Below, piece by piece: positions 1 to 9,559 of a stretch of 64,000 nt of DNA. The stretch comes from Cyanobacteria bacterium P01_A01_bin.123 (GTDB taxonomy: Bacteria > Cyanobacteriota > Cyanobacteriia > Phormidesmidales > Phormidesmidaceae). The first letter of the stretch is position 1; each line of letters begins with the position of its first letter. The notes beneath the pieces were generated by a model. It was not told where the DNA came from. It saw only the letters and a program-made list of their open reading frames with translations, and did not search any database. Where the stretch lies: NCBI GenBank assembly GCA_039815185.1, contig JBCBZT010000001.1:160001-224000 (forward strand), written 5' to 3'. A program made the translations under genes and the position numbers.

Positions 1-964
1 GGGCATTGGGAATCGCCTGGGCGATCGCCCGGTTTTCGAGCATCGTTCCCACAATACTGGCATGAACCTCAATGCCTGGCATCACTTCAGATGTGGGCGT
101 CCGCTTAAAATCTTGTAGTGAGGTTGCTGTCGCCCCAATCAATACGATTTTGTCGCGAAATACCTGCTGATCGAGGTGTAGTAACCAATTCTCCGGCTCA
201 AAAACATGCCAAAAGGGAACTTGTGGAAACGTTTCGGCTGGGCCATAGAAGAAAATTCCATCCCCTCGGTCGGGTAAAACCTCGGTTCCAGCGACTGCTA
301 AAGCCGCATTGCCAAAGGCCAGGGATTCCTCGGCGGGAAACGCCACATCTATAAAATGCTGGGGCAATTGGCGGATACGGGTGTCTAAATCGGCTTGGAT
401 ATTGATCAGACCTTTGGTAAAAGTATCAGGGGGGTAATAGGGCGATACAAAATTGATTAATCTTCCACCAGTGCTATTAGAAGATTCGTAAGCACTGGCT
501 AACACTACGCGATCGCCGTAGCGGTCTAAAGTCGCTTCTAAAATAGCGTCATCTTCAGCGCCATAGCTGCTGGGGTCTATCAGCAAAATATCGACGGCGA
601 TCGCTTTAGCCCCGGCTTCAACTAACCGTTCAATGACCAGGGCATAGGCCCGTCGCTGAAAAGGCCAAGCCTGGATCGGTTCGAGTTGGGGATAGGTATC
701 AGGGCTACTTTGGTAAAACCCGCCCTGTAACAATGACTCGTCATCAATGGCTAAGATCACGATCTCATCCGGTGTTGCCACTGGCCCACGCATTCGCAGC
801 ATAAATGATTGCGCTAACCCTTCTATCCCTTTGACGACGGGCAAATCAGCCGCGATCGCCACCCCCCCCAATACTGCCCACAGCCCCATGAGCAGGTGTC
901 CCAAACGGCTTGCTCGGGGCTGTGCTGTCGGGGAAACTGATTTTCGAGCAAACCACCGCGCCAT
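1..964 (-). CDS. CHASE2-domain membrane sensor, 5' part only (output domain lies beyond the window edge)
   Basis: Not in the ORF track. Manual minus-strand translation from the ATG at 964 gives MARWFARK..., a hydrophobic helix, then MRGPVATPDEIVILAIDDESL...WPFQRRAYALVIERLVEAGAKAIAVDILL, the CHASE2 signature. It parallels the protein at 5655-8075. Confidence 0.85.
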   Translation of the reverse strand, partial: MARWFARKSVSPTAQPRASRLGHLLMGLWAVLGGVAIAADLPVVKGIEGLAQSFMLRMRGPVATPDEIVILAIDDESLLQGGFYQSSPDTYPQLEPIQAWPFQRRAYALVIERLVEAGAKAIAVDILLIDPSSYGAEDDAILEATLDRYGDRVVLASAYESSNSTGGRLINFVSPYYPPDTFTKGLINIQADLDTRIRQLPQHFIDVAFPAEESLAFGNAALAVAGTEVLPDRGDGIFFYGPAETFPQVPFWHVFEPENWLLHLDQQVFRDKIVLIGATATSLQDFKRTPTSEVMPGIEVHASIVGTMLENRAIAQAIPNA

Positions 965-1062
965 AGCAACTTTGTAAAAAACGGCTCTACACGAGAATCA
1001 TTCAGGGAACTGACGGAATCGGGTTGGGGACATCAGGCCCGCTTAAGCAAGAAATTGCAGAA

Positions 1063-2097
1063 TCAATATAACGCCCGGGGGAAGATTTCAGGAATAGGCA
1101 CCGCTGGGAAAGGGATTTCGGGAAAGAGGGTTTCAAAGCTGCGGCGCAAATCACCCATGCCAGGAATCTCTCGGCTAAATTCGTTTAGTAATGCACCAGA
1201 CAACAGTGCTTCAAAATCCTCAGCGGTTAAGAGACTCACTGTTGCTTCACGTTCTCCGCCAGCTAGGGTCAACTGCTGTCCCGCTTCTAAAGTAATAGAG
1301 TCATCAGTCAAATCAACAGTTTCCGCTTCACGCCTCCCCGCATCGCCTGCTTCCGTATCCCCAGTCTCAACTCCAGGGTCATCGACTGAGTCGCCACCGA
1401 CTGGGGGAATGGGCAAGTCGTCAATGCTGCCAGGGCCGGGCCAACCGGGCAATTGTTTAGTCAGACGCGGCTGAAAATCTTCGGGCATATCGATTTCTGA
1501 CTGCTTGGTTTCTTCTAGCGGATTGATGTCTGGTATCGGTGGTATGCCCTCTGGATTTTCTAAATGGGAGCTGACGACCACCTCCCCTTCAAATACTTGA
1601 ATGGTTTCCTGACCCGCGTCGTTGACTTCCAAAGTGTACAGGGTACCGCGGACCCCCGCTAGGGTGGATTGAGTACAGCCGTTCATAGCACCGTTTACCA
1701 ACACTGTCCCCCGGCGCAGTTGGGCACAGTCACCCACCGTAAGCCTGGAGTTTTGGGCTAGGCGGGCGATCGCGCCAGTGTTAAATTGCAGTTCCGCCCG
1801 TGATTGCCCAGTCCGCACCTGCTGTTGTTGTTGGGCCACACTGTTGACACGCGCCTGTCGATTTTGAATATAAACCTGGTTCCCATCTAGAATCTCTGTG
1901 ATTGTGGCCCGCGACACCTGAGCGTTGACTGATGTCATCAGTAAACTAGCCATCAGTAGTCCTAGCACTAGGCCAAACCCAAACCGATATCCAAACTGAT
2001 GCCGCCAACTTAGACGCGTTGCTTTCAGATGTGCTACTTGAGAACGATAACCTGAACTATCTGTCCTAGGCTGCCTGAGCCATCGATTCAGTTGCAT
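1063..2097 (-). CDS. Exported FecR-domain protein
   Basis: Signal-like hydrophobic segment ending VNA-Q, then VRTGQSRAELQFNTGAIARLAQNSRL and AGVRGTLY...IQVFEGEVVV, which are FecR motifs. Acidic, Pro-rich linker follows. Confidence 0.8.
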   Translation of the reverse strand: MQLNRWLRQPRTDSSGYRSQVAHLKATRLSWRHQFGYRFGFGLVLGLLMASLLMTSVNAQVSRATITEILDGNQVYIQNRQARVNSVAQQQQQVRTGQSRAELQFNTGAIARLAQNSRLTVGDCAQLRRGTVLVNGAMNGCTQSTLAGVRGTLYTLEVNDAGQETIQVFEGEVVVSSHLENPEGIPPIPDINPLEETKQSEIDMPEDFQPRLTKQLPGWPGPGSIDDLPIPPVGGDSVDDPGVETGDTEAGDAGRREAETVDLTDDSITLEAGQQLTLAGGEREATVSLLTAEDFEALLSGALLNEFSREIPGMGDLRRSFETLFPEIPFPAVPIPEIFPRALY

Positions 2098-2201
2098 TGT
2101 CTAGACCTACTATCAAACTAAACCTGCTATTAAATCGCCATGTTGCACACTGATGCTTTATTCAATCGGTCATATTGTCGGTCAGAAAAAAACTTGAAGA
2201 C

Positions 2202-3587
2202 TTAAAAGAGCGGTAGTGTAAAGTCAAAGGAAATGCCGAAAATTGTGTCGTTAAACTGCACTGTCGATTGAGACGAGCGACCAAAACTAAATCCGCTATA
2301 GAGTCGGATGTTTGTATTGGCAGACACACGATAGGCTAGATTTCCCAAGATTTGATGGTAAGTGTCATATCGACCTTGGCGAGTAAAATCAGCCAAGGTC
2401 AATTGATAATTCAATCCAGTCTGAAATGCTGGGCTAATGTCGTAGGTCAGCGACACCCCTAGAATTTGCACGAGACGACTAAAATCATCGGGATCAGCAA
2501 AGCCTAAACTAACTTGGTAACGACTGTTGAGGTACAAGTTGGGAAGCAGTGGATCAGTACGGCCCAAAGCTAAACTAAGGTTGTGGTTGTTATAGAACTG
2601 GTCGGTAAACCCAGCTCGATAAAGCTGTTGATTGCTCCAGCCTAGTTGTCCATAAGTCTTAGCATCGAACTGTTGAAAGATGCTAGCGGCAAAGCCAAGT
2701 TCGTCATAGCTCGCGACCCCGGTGTTGAAATAGCGCAACAATCCTGCACTCAGAGAACCTACAAAATAGGTACTTGGGCCTAACCGAGGCGTGACTAACA
2801 AAGACACTCTCGGGTTAATAAAAGAATCCCCAGTGGGGTCAAGTTCAAAAAAAATGTTGTCGCTTGTCAGGTAGTTAACCTGCCCTTGTAAAAAAACAAA
2901 GGGTTCCGACCCAGAGGGGGGTGGGGGTGGGGGTGGCACAATCGGTTCAAGCCGAAATTCCCCCAATTCAGGATCCCCCTCTCCAATCGTTGCCTCTGCC
3001 TCAGGGGAGTCGTCTAGATCCAGCGAATTTGTTGGGAAAGCGTCAGCAGGGGCTTGAGCCAAAGTGGGTAGCGGTAGATTGGCATCTAGCGGGGCCACTT
3101 CAATGCTGCGATCATCGAAAGCCAAAGACGATACTGCTGTGGATGTGAGTACCGGGGTCGCGATCTGGAAATCACCAAAGTAGACGGATGGGAATGAGTC
3201 CTGCGATCGCGGCTTGCCCGTCAACTCAAACGGCTTCCCCTCTACCCGGGCCGTAGGATACGCCAAAGCTGAGGAGAAATCCAAGCGCTTAATCAGGGCA
3301 ACCCGTGTAGCCGAGACACCAGACCAGGATGCCTCAACGCTGGAGGTTGAGGCGGTTGAGGCGGTTGAGGCGGTTGAGGCTGGGTGGGTCTGCCCGTTGC
3401 CGGGCTGAGCCTTTGGGGATGATGTAGCAGCTACACTAACTTCGCCAACAAAACTCATTAACCCCGAGATCAAGAGAGTACTCGTGCCCCAATGAACCCA
3501 TCGATCTGATCGCAGTTTTAGCCTGACAGGGGTACTCAATTGATGGCAGGCTAATATTTTGGCCGCGGGGCATAGTCTATTTAACAC
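2202..3587 (-). CDS. Putative outer-membrane beta-barrel protein with long low-complexity N-terminal region
   Basis: The C-terminal ~230 aa are alternating aromatic/polar strands ending FGISFDFTLPLF (terminal Phe). A poly-Pro linker precedes them. The GTG start is uncertain. Confidence 0.7.
   Translation of the reverse strand: MLNRLCPAAKILACHQLSTPVRLKLRSDRWVHWGTSTLLISGLMSFVGEVSVAATSSPKAQPGNGQTHPASTASTASTASTSSVEASWSGVSATRVALIKRLDFSSALAYPTARVEGKPFELTGKPRSQDSFPSVYFGDFQIATPVLTSTAVSSLAFDDRSIEVAPLDANLPLPTLAQAPADAFPTNSLDLDDSPEAEATIGEGDPELGEFRLEPIVPPPPPPPSGSEPFVFLQGQVNYLTSDNIFFELDPTGDSFINPRVSLLVTPRLGPSTYFVGSLSAGLLRYFNTGVASYDELGFAASIFQQFDAKTYGQLGWSNQQLYRAGFTDQFYNNHNLSLALGRTDPLLPNLYLNSRYQVSLGFADPDDFSRLVQILGVSLTYDISPAFQTGLNYQLTLADFTRQGRYDTYHQILGNLAYRVSANTNIRLYSGFSFGRSSQSTVQFNDTIFGISFDFTLPLF
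3343..3380. repeat. 9-bp tandem repeat (GAGGCGGTT)n encoding ASTASTAST in the barrel protein
   Basis: gaggttgaggcggttgaggcggttgaggcggttgaggc seen directly. Confidence 0.8.
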
Positions 3588-4235
3588 AAGTGACTCCTCA
3601 AACCAGATAGACCACCTCGGCTACTTGCTAGTGTTGCCCTACCCCTTGGGGGCTTGGAGCAGGCAACAGAAACCGTTTGTGGTAGTACACACCTTTTCCA
3701 ACGCACTACTTCACTGGCAAATCAGCATAATTCGCAAAAAACAGAATTTTTGATGAATTTTATCTATTTATCGTGTCAGATCAAAGATTGTGAGGTCATT
3801 GGACTCCCCTTAGAAAACCTACTACTTCAATCAGATAAAACGTCTATTGCACCGCTGAGAGGTCTTAAGGGGTGAGCAAGTTAAGCCATATTGCTGATTG
3901 TCAAGGTTGGATCTTCAGGACTTTTCCAATCAAGCTTGACGGTTGCAGACTGCCTCCTCAATTTTGCTCATCCGATGCCTGACTTAAATAGACATTATTT
4001 AGTCATTCATCGAATCAAGCTTTGTTGACGCCTGGTCAAGTTTAGAAGTTTCTATGGGGACAATTAAATCAACACTATACAGACAAAAAACGGTAAATCG
4101 GTTATATAGGAGTTAGCTCAGTGGAAACACTCACGTACTCGTCACTGGCAATCTTGCGCTCTTGAGTGACTAATATTTATTGATCTGATTTCCCTGCCCG
4201 CTAAATAAGTGCAGCTTATTTTGAATCGGAAGGTA

Positions 4236-5429
4236 ATGCCAATGCTCCGTTATTCCTTGATTTACATAACAGGCATTTGTTGGGCCCTAGCCAGTGTTTT
4301 GCTACCCGGTGTTGCCAAAGCTCAAGCCTTAACGCGGGCTCGGGTTGAGGGTATTCGCAATCGAGTTGAGTTGATTCCTCAGGGGCGTAATGCTCGGCGA
4401 GCACAGGTTTCTGATGTTATGGGTGTCGGAGATGCGCTGAGAACTGCAGCTTCTTCCCAAGCGGAATTACGGTTCAATGACGGGTCGTTAGCACGGGTCG
4501 GCGAACGAGCAACGTTTAGATTTGTCCCCAACACCCGAAATTTTAGGCTGTCCAATGGAACAGTACTCTTGCTTGTACCGCCGGGTCGGGGCCGCACCAA
4601 TATTCAGACGCCTAATGCCGTTACCGGAATTCAAGGGTCAGGGGTGTTTTGTCGCTATGATGCTGCCACGGACACAACCATTGTAGGCGCCTTAACAGAC
4701 AGCGCATTGGGGCCTATGGTGGTATCTAATCGAGATGGGTCGGAAATGCTCCCCCTTAACGGCGGCGAGATGGCGGTGATTCAAAATGATCGGATTGTGG
4801 GCCACTATCGCTTTTCTTTAGATGACTTTAGTCGCACCAACACTATTGCCAGAGGTCTAGACTTATTTAACCCACCCGCTGACGAGCAACCCAACGCAGA
4901 TGGCCTAGATGGGGTGCGATCAGAAGTTGCTGACGCATCCAGCAATCAATCTTCCTTTGAAGGGCCTGACGTCACTCTCAGTACAGGCTTTATGGGTCTG
5001 AGTGAGCCCAGCAATAGCGTCGAAATTGGAGAAATTGAGTTTGCAGTCATTCCTGAAGATCCCTTTGCTGGATTGCCGCCGACAGGGAGTCTGGGACAGG
5101 ATCCTGCGTCGGGTGTAACCGCCTTACCAGGAGGTTCCCAAGTTGGGGATAGCCCAACACTCCCCCCTGGATTGCTGGGTAGTGACGGGCCTTCAACGGG
5201 GGGTGGCGCTGACCAACCGACTATGCCTGTGGGTCACCCCCCTCGTCCAGTTGTTCCCCCTGGTCCAATCGATAATCCGGTTGATACCCCAAATATTTCG
5301 CCCAGTAACCCTGTGACTTCCCCACCTGTTCCGCTCAGTGACCCTGTGACTTCCCCTGGACAAGTTGACAACCCTGGCAACCGACCGGTTGTTCCCCCTG
5401 GGCAAATTGATAATCCGGTAGAGCCCTAG
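4236..5429 (+). CDS. Exported FecR-domain protein with Pro-rich repeated C-terminal tail
   Basis: Signal peptide (AKA-Q); GDALRTAASSQAELRFNDGSLARVGERATFRF and IQTPNAVTGIQGS are FecR motifs. The tail has PVVPPG(P/Q)IDNPV twice and PVTSP twice. The ORF track starts at GTG 4209. Confidence 0.85.
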   Translation: MPMLRYSLIYITGICWALASVLLPGVAKAQALTRARVEGIRNRVELIPQGRNARRAQVSDVMGVGDALRTAASSQAELRFNDGSLARVGERATFRFVPNTRNFRLSNGTVLLLVPPGRGRTNIQTPNAVTGIQGSGVFCRYDAATDTTIVGALTDSALGPMVVSNRDGSEMLPLNGGEMAVIQNDRIVGHYRFSLDDFSRTNTIARGLDLFNPPADEQPNADGLDGVRSEVADASSNQSSFEGPDVTLSTGFMGLSEPSNSVEIGEIEFAVIPEDPFAGLPPTGSLGQDPASGVTALPGGSQVGDSPTLPPGLLGSDGPSTGGGADQPTMPVGHPPRPVVPPGPIDNPVDTPNISPSNPVTSPPVPLSDPVTSPGQVDNPGNRPVVPPGQIDNPVEP

Positions 5430-5514
5430 GGGTAACGATAAGCCTGCTTTAGGATTACCGATACTCCAAGTTGAAGGGTGGTTTCAAGGTTGACAACCTA
5501 GCTCCATCCCCAAT

Positions 5515-5619
5515 TATAGCGCTGGCCAGATTGCTTAATGCACCGAGTATCGCTGGGATGCTCAGTACAAAAGCAATCTGGCTCGCGGTAGCGCACAAAG
5601 CTTTGTGGCTACCGCTATA
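5515..5619 (+). mobile_element. 105-bp MITE-like dispersed repeat, copy 1
   Basis: TATAGC...GCTATA termini and two internal hairpins; same-length similar copies at 50346-50450 and 60940-61044. Confidence 0.85.
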
Positions 5620-5654
5620 ACTCTCGCTGAGGCTTGGTTGATTGGGGATTCAGA

Positions 5655-8075
5655 TCAATTATCAAGGGGGGCATAATCTTTACCCCAATCTTCGGGCAGG
5701 ATTTTTGTTGTGCTGTCTTCGGCAGGCTCAGTTTCATGGGTATCCGAGATCTCCTCGGAGTCCTGGTGCTTAGGGAAATTACTGGGTTGGGTTGAGTTCT
5801 TGAGGGGGAGGAGCGTTTTCTGAGCTTGATTCGGTAGGGCATTACAATCAATCTGGCTAAGATCGTCAATCACCGCTTGGGCCGATGGATAACGATTGCT
5901 GAAGTCATAACGCACCATTTTGTTTAGCAGGGCTGCCAAATGCAGATTAAGATGGGGCACTCGATGCATCCACAGGATTTCGCCTTTACCATCGCGTTCA
6001 AGGGACTTAGGTGCAGCTCCGGTTAGGGCTTCAATGGCGGTGACTCCTAAGGCATAGATATCGCTGCTCAAATTGGGGATTCCTGAGGATTGCTCGCTGG
6101 GCATGTAGCCTTGGGTACCAATGCCGATAGTCGAGGTAACTTTGGCACTCGTGTCGGTGAACTGATTGGAAATCTGCTTAACGGCACCAAAATCGATCAA
6201 GACTAAACGATTATCGTGGTGCCGACGAATGATGTTGGATGGCTTAATGTCACGGTGAATGACCCCTTGCTGATGCACAAAGGCAATCACGGGCAGCAGG
6301 TCTTGGAGCAGTTCAACGACTTTGCGTTGAGCTAGGGGTTTGCACCGGACTAATTCATCCCGCAGTAGTTCACCCTCAATCATCTCTTGTACCAGATAGA
6401 AAGAGTGGTTGGCTTCAAAGTACGCCAGTAGCCGAGGAATTTGGTCGTGTTGCCCGAGGTGTTCGAGGGTTTCAGCTTCGCTGACAAATAGCCGCTGAGC
6501 TAATTTGTAGATCTTGGGGTTGTCGCTGACAATTTTGAGTTCTTTGACAACGCAGGTGGGACGTTGGGGGCGTTGCAAATCTTGGGCCACGTAGGTTTCA
6601 CTAAAGCCTCCAGCCCCCAACAGTTGGACAATCAAGTAGCGATCGCCCAAGACCCGACCCACCACCTTTTCTGCCCGTGCCCTGAGTAAGTCCTGAAAAT
6701 CATTTTGTTGGCTGATAATTTCTTGCACGATGGGAGAGGTGACGTACTGAGCTAGGGTCCGGCGAAGCTGCTGTTTTTGGAGCTGAGCTGCGACTAGGCT
6801 GGCCACAAAGTTGGAGATACCGACGACCGCGATCGCGATCATTGGTGCCCCAAAAGGCAAAAACACATTGCCCATCACAAAGCCCAAATACCCCATCACT
6901 AGCCATACAACCATAGCTCCAGCCGTTGCGCTCAGGCGTACCAGGGGGCGATTGATCCGGCGTAGCCCGACCCCGATGCCAATTCCCAAAACGACAATGA
7001 TCATGCCCTGCTGCCACGGTTGTTGGCCCACGCTAACCACGGCGTTGCCTGCAGCTAACGTAGCTACATCATTGGCCAAAATCTCAACCCCTGGCATGGC
7101 AAAAGGATAGAGAAAGCTTTCAGAAAAAGGAGCGGCGTGGAAATCCTGATGCAGTTGGGCAGTGGTGCCAATCAGCACAATTTTGTCTTTAAAGTAGGCC
7201 CCAGATTGGAGGATATTCTGCCATGGATCAGGATCAATCACATACCAAAAGGGGATGTGCTCAAAAGTTTGACTCGGGCCATGGAAGTAAATGTTATTAC
7301 CCCGGGGGCTTGGGGCCTTAATTTGAGCCGCTTGCAGCGTTGCCTCGGCAAAACTCTGGGCCGTGGTTAGATCATCTTCAATCGTGCTGACGGCGTTAAT
7401 GTCGGCATTCAGAGCGCGCTGCTGAATCAGATAATCCCGTCCCTGGCGATGGATGCGCCCATCTTCATCAATCGGAAACTGAATTGCCCCCAGATGTGCA
7501 GGGGTATCCCGCAGCAGCGGAATGGGTAGGGTGGACTTGCTGACTTCGCCCGGGCCTAAAGTCGTTGATCCGTAAGTGGCGGCTAGTACGACGCGATCGC
7601 CATGGCGATCGAGCACGGCCTTGAGGGCCTGATCATCAGCTTCTCCATAACCGCTGGGCGAAGCCAATACCACATCTAAGGCGACTGCCTTGGCCCCAGC
7701 CTCAATCAGTTTCTCAATGGCAATGGCGTAGGCTTGGCGTTGCCAGGGCCACTGCTGAATCGGCGCTAGCGCCGCGTGCTCTGCTGGGTTGGTGAGGTAG
7801 TGTTCACCCTGAGCAAGGGATTCTTCATCAATAGTGACAATCACAACATCGTCTGGTGCGGCGATTGGGCCTCGGAGTTCAAAAAATAAGGTTTGAATCT
7901 GCCTGTCCCAAAGGTGAATGGGTCTGAAATCTAGACTGACTGCCGTTGTGACGATGAGTAAACAACTGCCAGTAAACCAGTATGTCCAGTGCGGAAGTGA
8001 AAGCCGCCAACGCCAGCGGCGACGGGATTGCCTGATCTCGGAACGAAGCGTTGTGGTTTCAGGAGACAACGGCAT
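5655..8075 (-). CDS. CHASE2-domain Ser/Thr protein kinase (Hanks type)
   Basis: TM-CHASE2 (IVTIDEESL, WPWQRQAYA, MPGVEILAN)-three TM helices, then kinase motifs LGAGGFSETY, VVK, IHRDIKPSN, DFG and GTQGYMPSEQ. Confidence 0.93.
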   Translation of the reverse strand: MPLSPETTTLRSEIRQSRRRWRWRLSLPHWTYWFTGSCLLIVTTAVSLDFRPIHLWDRQIQTLFFELRGPIAAPDDVVIVTIDEESLAQGEHYLTNPAEHAALAPIQQWPWQRQAYAIAIEKLIEAGAKAVALDVVLASPSGYGEADDQALKAVLDRHGDRVVLAATYGSTTLGPGEVSKSTLPIPLLRDTPAHLGAIQFPIDEDGRIHRQGRDYLIQQRALNADINAVSTIEDDLTTAQSFAEATLQAAQIKAPSPRGNNIYFHGPSQTFEHIPFWYVIDPDPWQNILQSGAYFKDKIVLIGTTAQLHQDFHAAPFSESFLYPFAMPGVEILANDVATLAAGNAVVSVGQQPWQQGMIIVVLGIGIGVGLRRINRPLVRLSATAGAMVVWLVMGYLGFVMGNVFLPFGAPMIAIAVVGISNFVASLVAAQLQKQQLRRTLAQYVTSPIVQEIISQQNDFQDLLRARAEKVVGRVLGDRYLIVQLLGAGGFSETYVAQDLQRPQRPTCVVKELKIVSDNPKIYKLAQRLFVSEAETLEHLGQHDQIPRLLAYFEANHSFYLVQEMIEGELLRDELVRCKPLAQRKVVELLQDLLPVIAFVHQQGVIHRDIKPSNIIRRHHDNRLVLIDFGAVKQISNQFTDTSAKVTSTIGIGTQGYMPSEQSSGIPNLSSDIYALGVTAIEALTGAAPKSLERDGKGEILWMHRVPHLNLHLAALLNKMVRYDFSNRYPSAQAVIDDLSQIDCNALPNQAQKTLLPLKNSTQPSNFPKHQDSEEISDTHETEPAEDSTTKILPEDWGKDYAPLDN

Positions 8076-8876
8076 AGAACGACCCAATAGCAGTGGTAGC
8101 AGTCATGATCAGCAATTCAGCAACCCGAGTGATATGCACGCCCTTGGCCTAGCTAAGCTAGCATTGTTTACCTAGTCAAGCTAATATAGCAAGTCTGCAA
8201 CGGGTCACGCACACGCTGGAATACTTGCCTCCAAGATATCGTGTTGACCCATTATGTTCTTTAGAATCTATTCGGAGCTTTCTTCTTGTGTCTATGGAGA
8301 TCCAACACGTCTGAAAACAGAGGTCTATAATATGAATGAGTTATGAGTTACTGCTTACCAATAATTCTTGATGCCTAATGGGGAGCTGTTAGTCAATTTG
8401 AATTTGAGCAGTTGGGCAACCCATAGTGTCTAGACATGCTACTTTGCGTAAGCTTATAGCTTTGTTACTGGTCTTGAGTTAGACCTAGCACTAATTCCTA
8501 CATAGACGCTTAGCTTTACATACCTCTGTAAGGTCACAGTTCAGGATAATTTGATTAGCGTTTTGCTTTTTAGCTTGGCAGTGTGCTTGCTGAACCGCAT
8601 CCAGTTTGAAAACTTGAGTTTTTAACTGAGAAAAAACTACAGGTCTGGATGTGATTAAGGTTTACTTAGGCAAGTTGCACTGTTTTTTTGGTATTAATTG
8701 CCAAATCCTGAAAGTTGTGGGTGGGTGAATTTTAAACGTGTTCATTATCGGCGTTAACCGCTTAAGGAGTCGCGTTAACTCAATTCGGCAGACTCAGTTT
8801 GTTTTATGGATAAGTTCCATCAGTGCATTGTTATCGTGTGATTGTTCTTTTGAAGTGGGTACTTTAATTCTTTTGT

Positions 8877-9404
8877 ATGGCTGCTAACCATCTAAATCGA
8901 CTTTCTATTTTTGTAGACGGCAATAATATGTTCTATGCCCAGCAAAAGAATGGCTGGTTTTTTGACCCAAAGCGGGTGTTGGAATATTTTTTACGTGAGG
9001 CAAACGGGGTAACCCTGGTTAATGCTTTTTGGTATACGGGATTGAAAGATCCTCAGGATCAGCGCGGATTCCGCGATGCGTTGATTAGTCTGGGCTATAC
9101 GGTGCGCACCAAATTTCTAAAAGAGTATTACGACGACAATTCAGGTCGCTATTCTCAAAAAGCTAATTTGGATATCGAAATTGTGATTGATATGTTCAAT
9201 ACCGTCGATCAATACGATCGGGTGGTGCTGTTTAGCGGCGACGGCGATTTTGAACGGGCGATTGAGCTACTGCGCTCCAAAAATACCCACATCACTGTCG
9301 TTTCGACTGAAGGGATGATTGCCCGCGAACTGCGTAATGCCGCTGATCGCTACATTGACCTCAATTCAGTACGCCGCCACATAGAAAAAGCGGAACATTT
9401 TTAG
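8877..9404 (+). CDS. labA: LabA/NYN-domain protein (circadian output regulator family)
   Basis: IFVDGNNMFYAQQKNGWFFDP, QKANLDIEIVIDMF and LFSGDGDFERAIELLR match cyanobacterial LabA. Confidence 0.85.
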   Translation: MAANHLNRLSIFVDGNNMFYAQQKNGWFFDPKRVLEYFLREANGVTLVNAFWYTGLKDPQDQRGFRDALISLGYTVRTKFLKEYYDDNSGRYSQKANLDIEIVIDMFNTVDQYDRVVLFSGDGDFERAIELLRSKNTHITVVSTEGMIARELRNAADRYIDLNSVRRHIEKAEHF

Positions 9405-9559
9405 CGGTAGGGTGACCGCCCAGGGGATGGAAACTGGCTAAAATGATTTAAGCTTCGACCACATCCAGCTTCATAGTTCTACCTTGAGTAAAACCCAGTT
9501 TTTAAGCAGGATGTGGTTGATTTTGCATTCTCCCTTAGCGTTATTCAAACCAGATCGCG

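Noticed and set aside
118..1474. Plus-strand short ORFs (118-354, 747-977, 1055-1474) and similar antisense ORFs throughout the track
   Set aside because: They are shadows of well-supported genes on the opposite strand or in another frame, with no recognisable motifs.
4109..4135. GGAGTTAGCTCAGTGG resembles a tRNA 5' end and D-arm
   Set aside because: No anticodon stem, no GTTCRA T-loop and no matching acceptor stem downstream.
8090..8876. Long AT-rich intergenic region as a possible ncRNA locus (likewise 43850-44384 and 55747-56300)
   Set aside because: No recognisable RNA family or strong structure; adequately explained as promoter regions.
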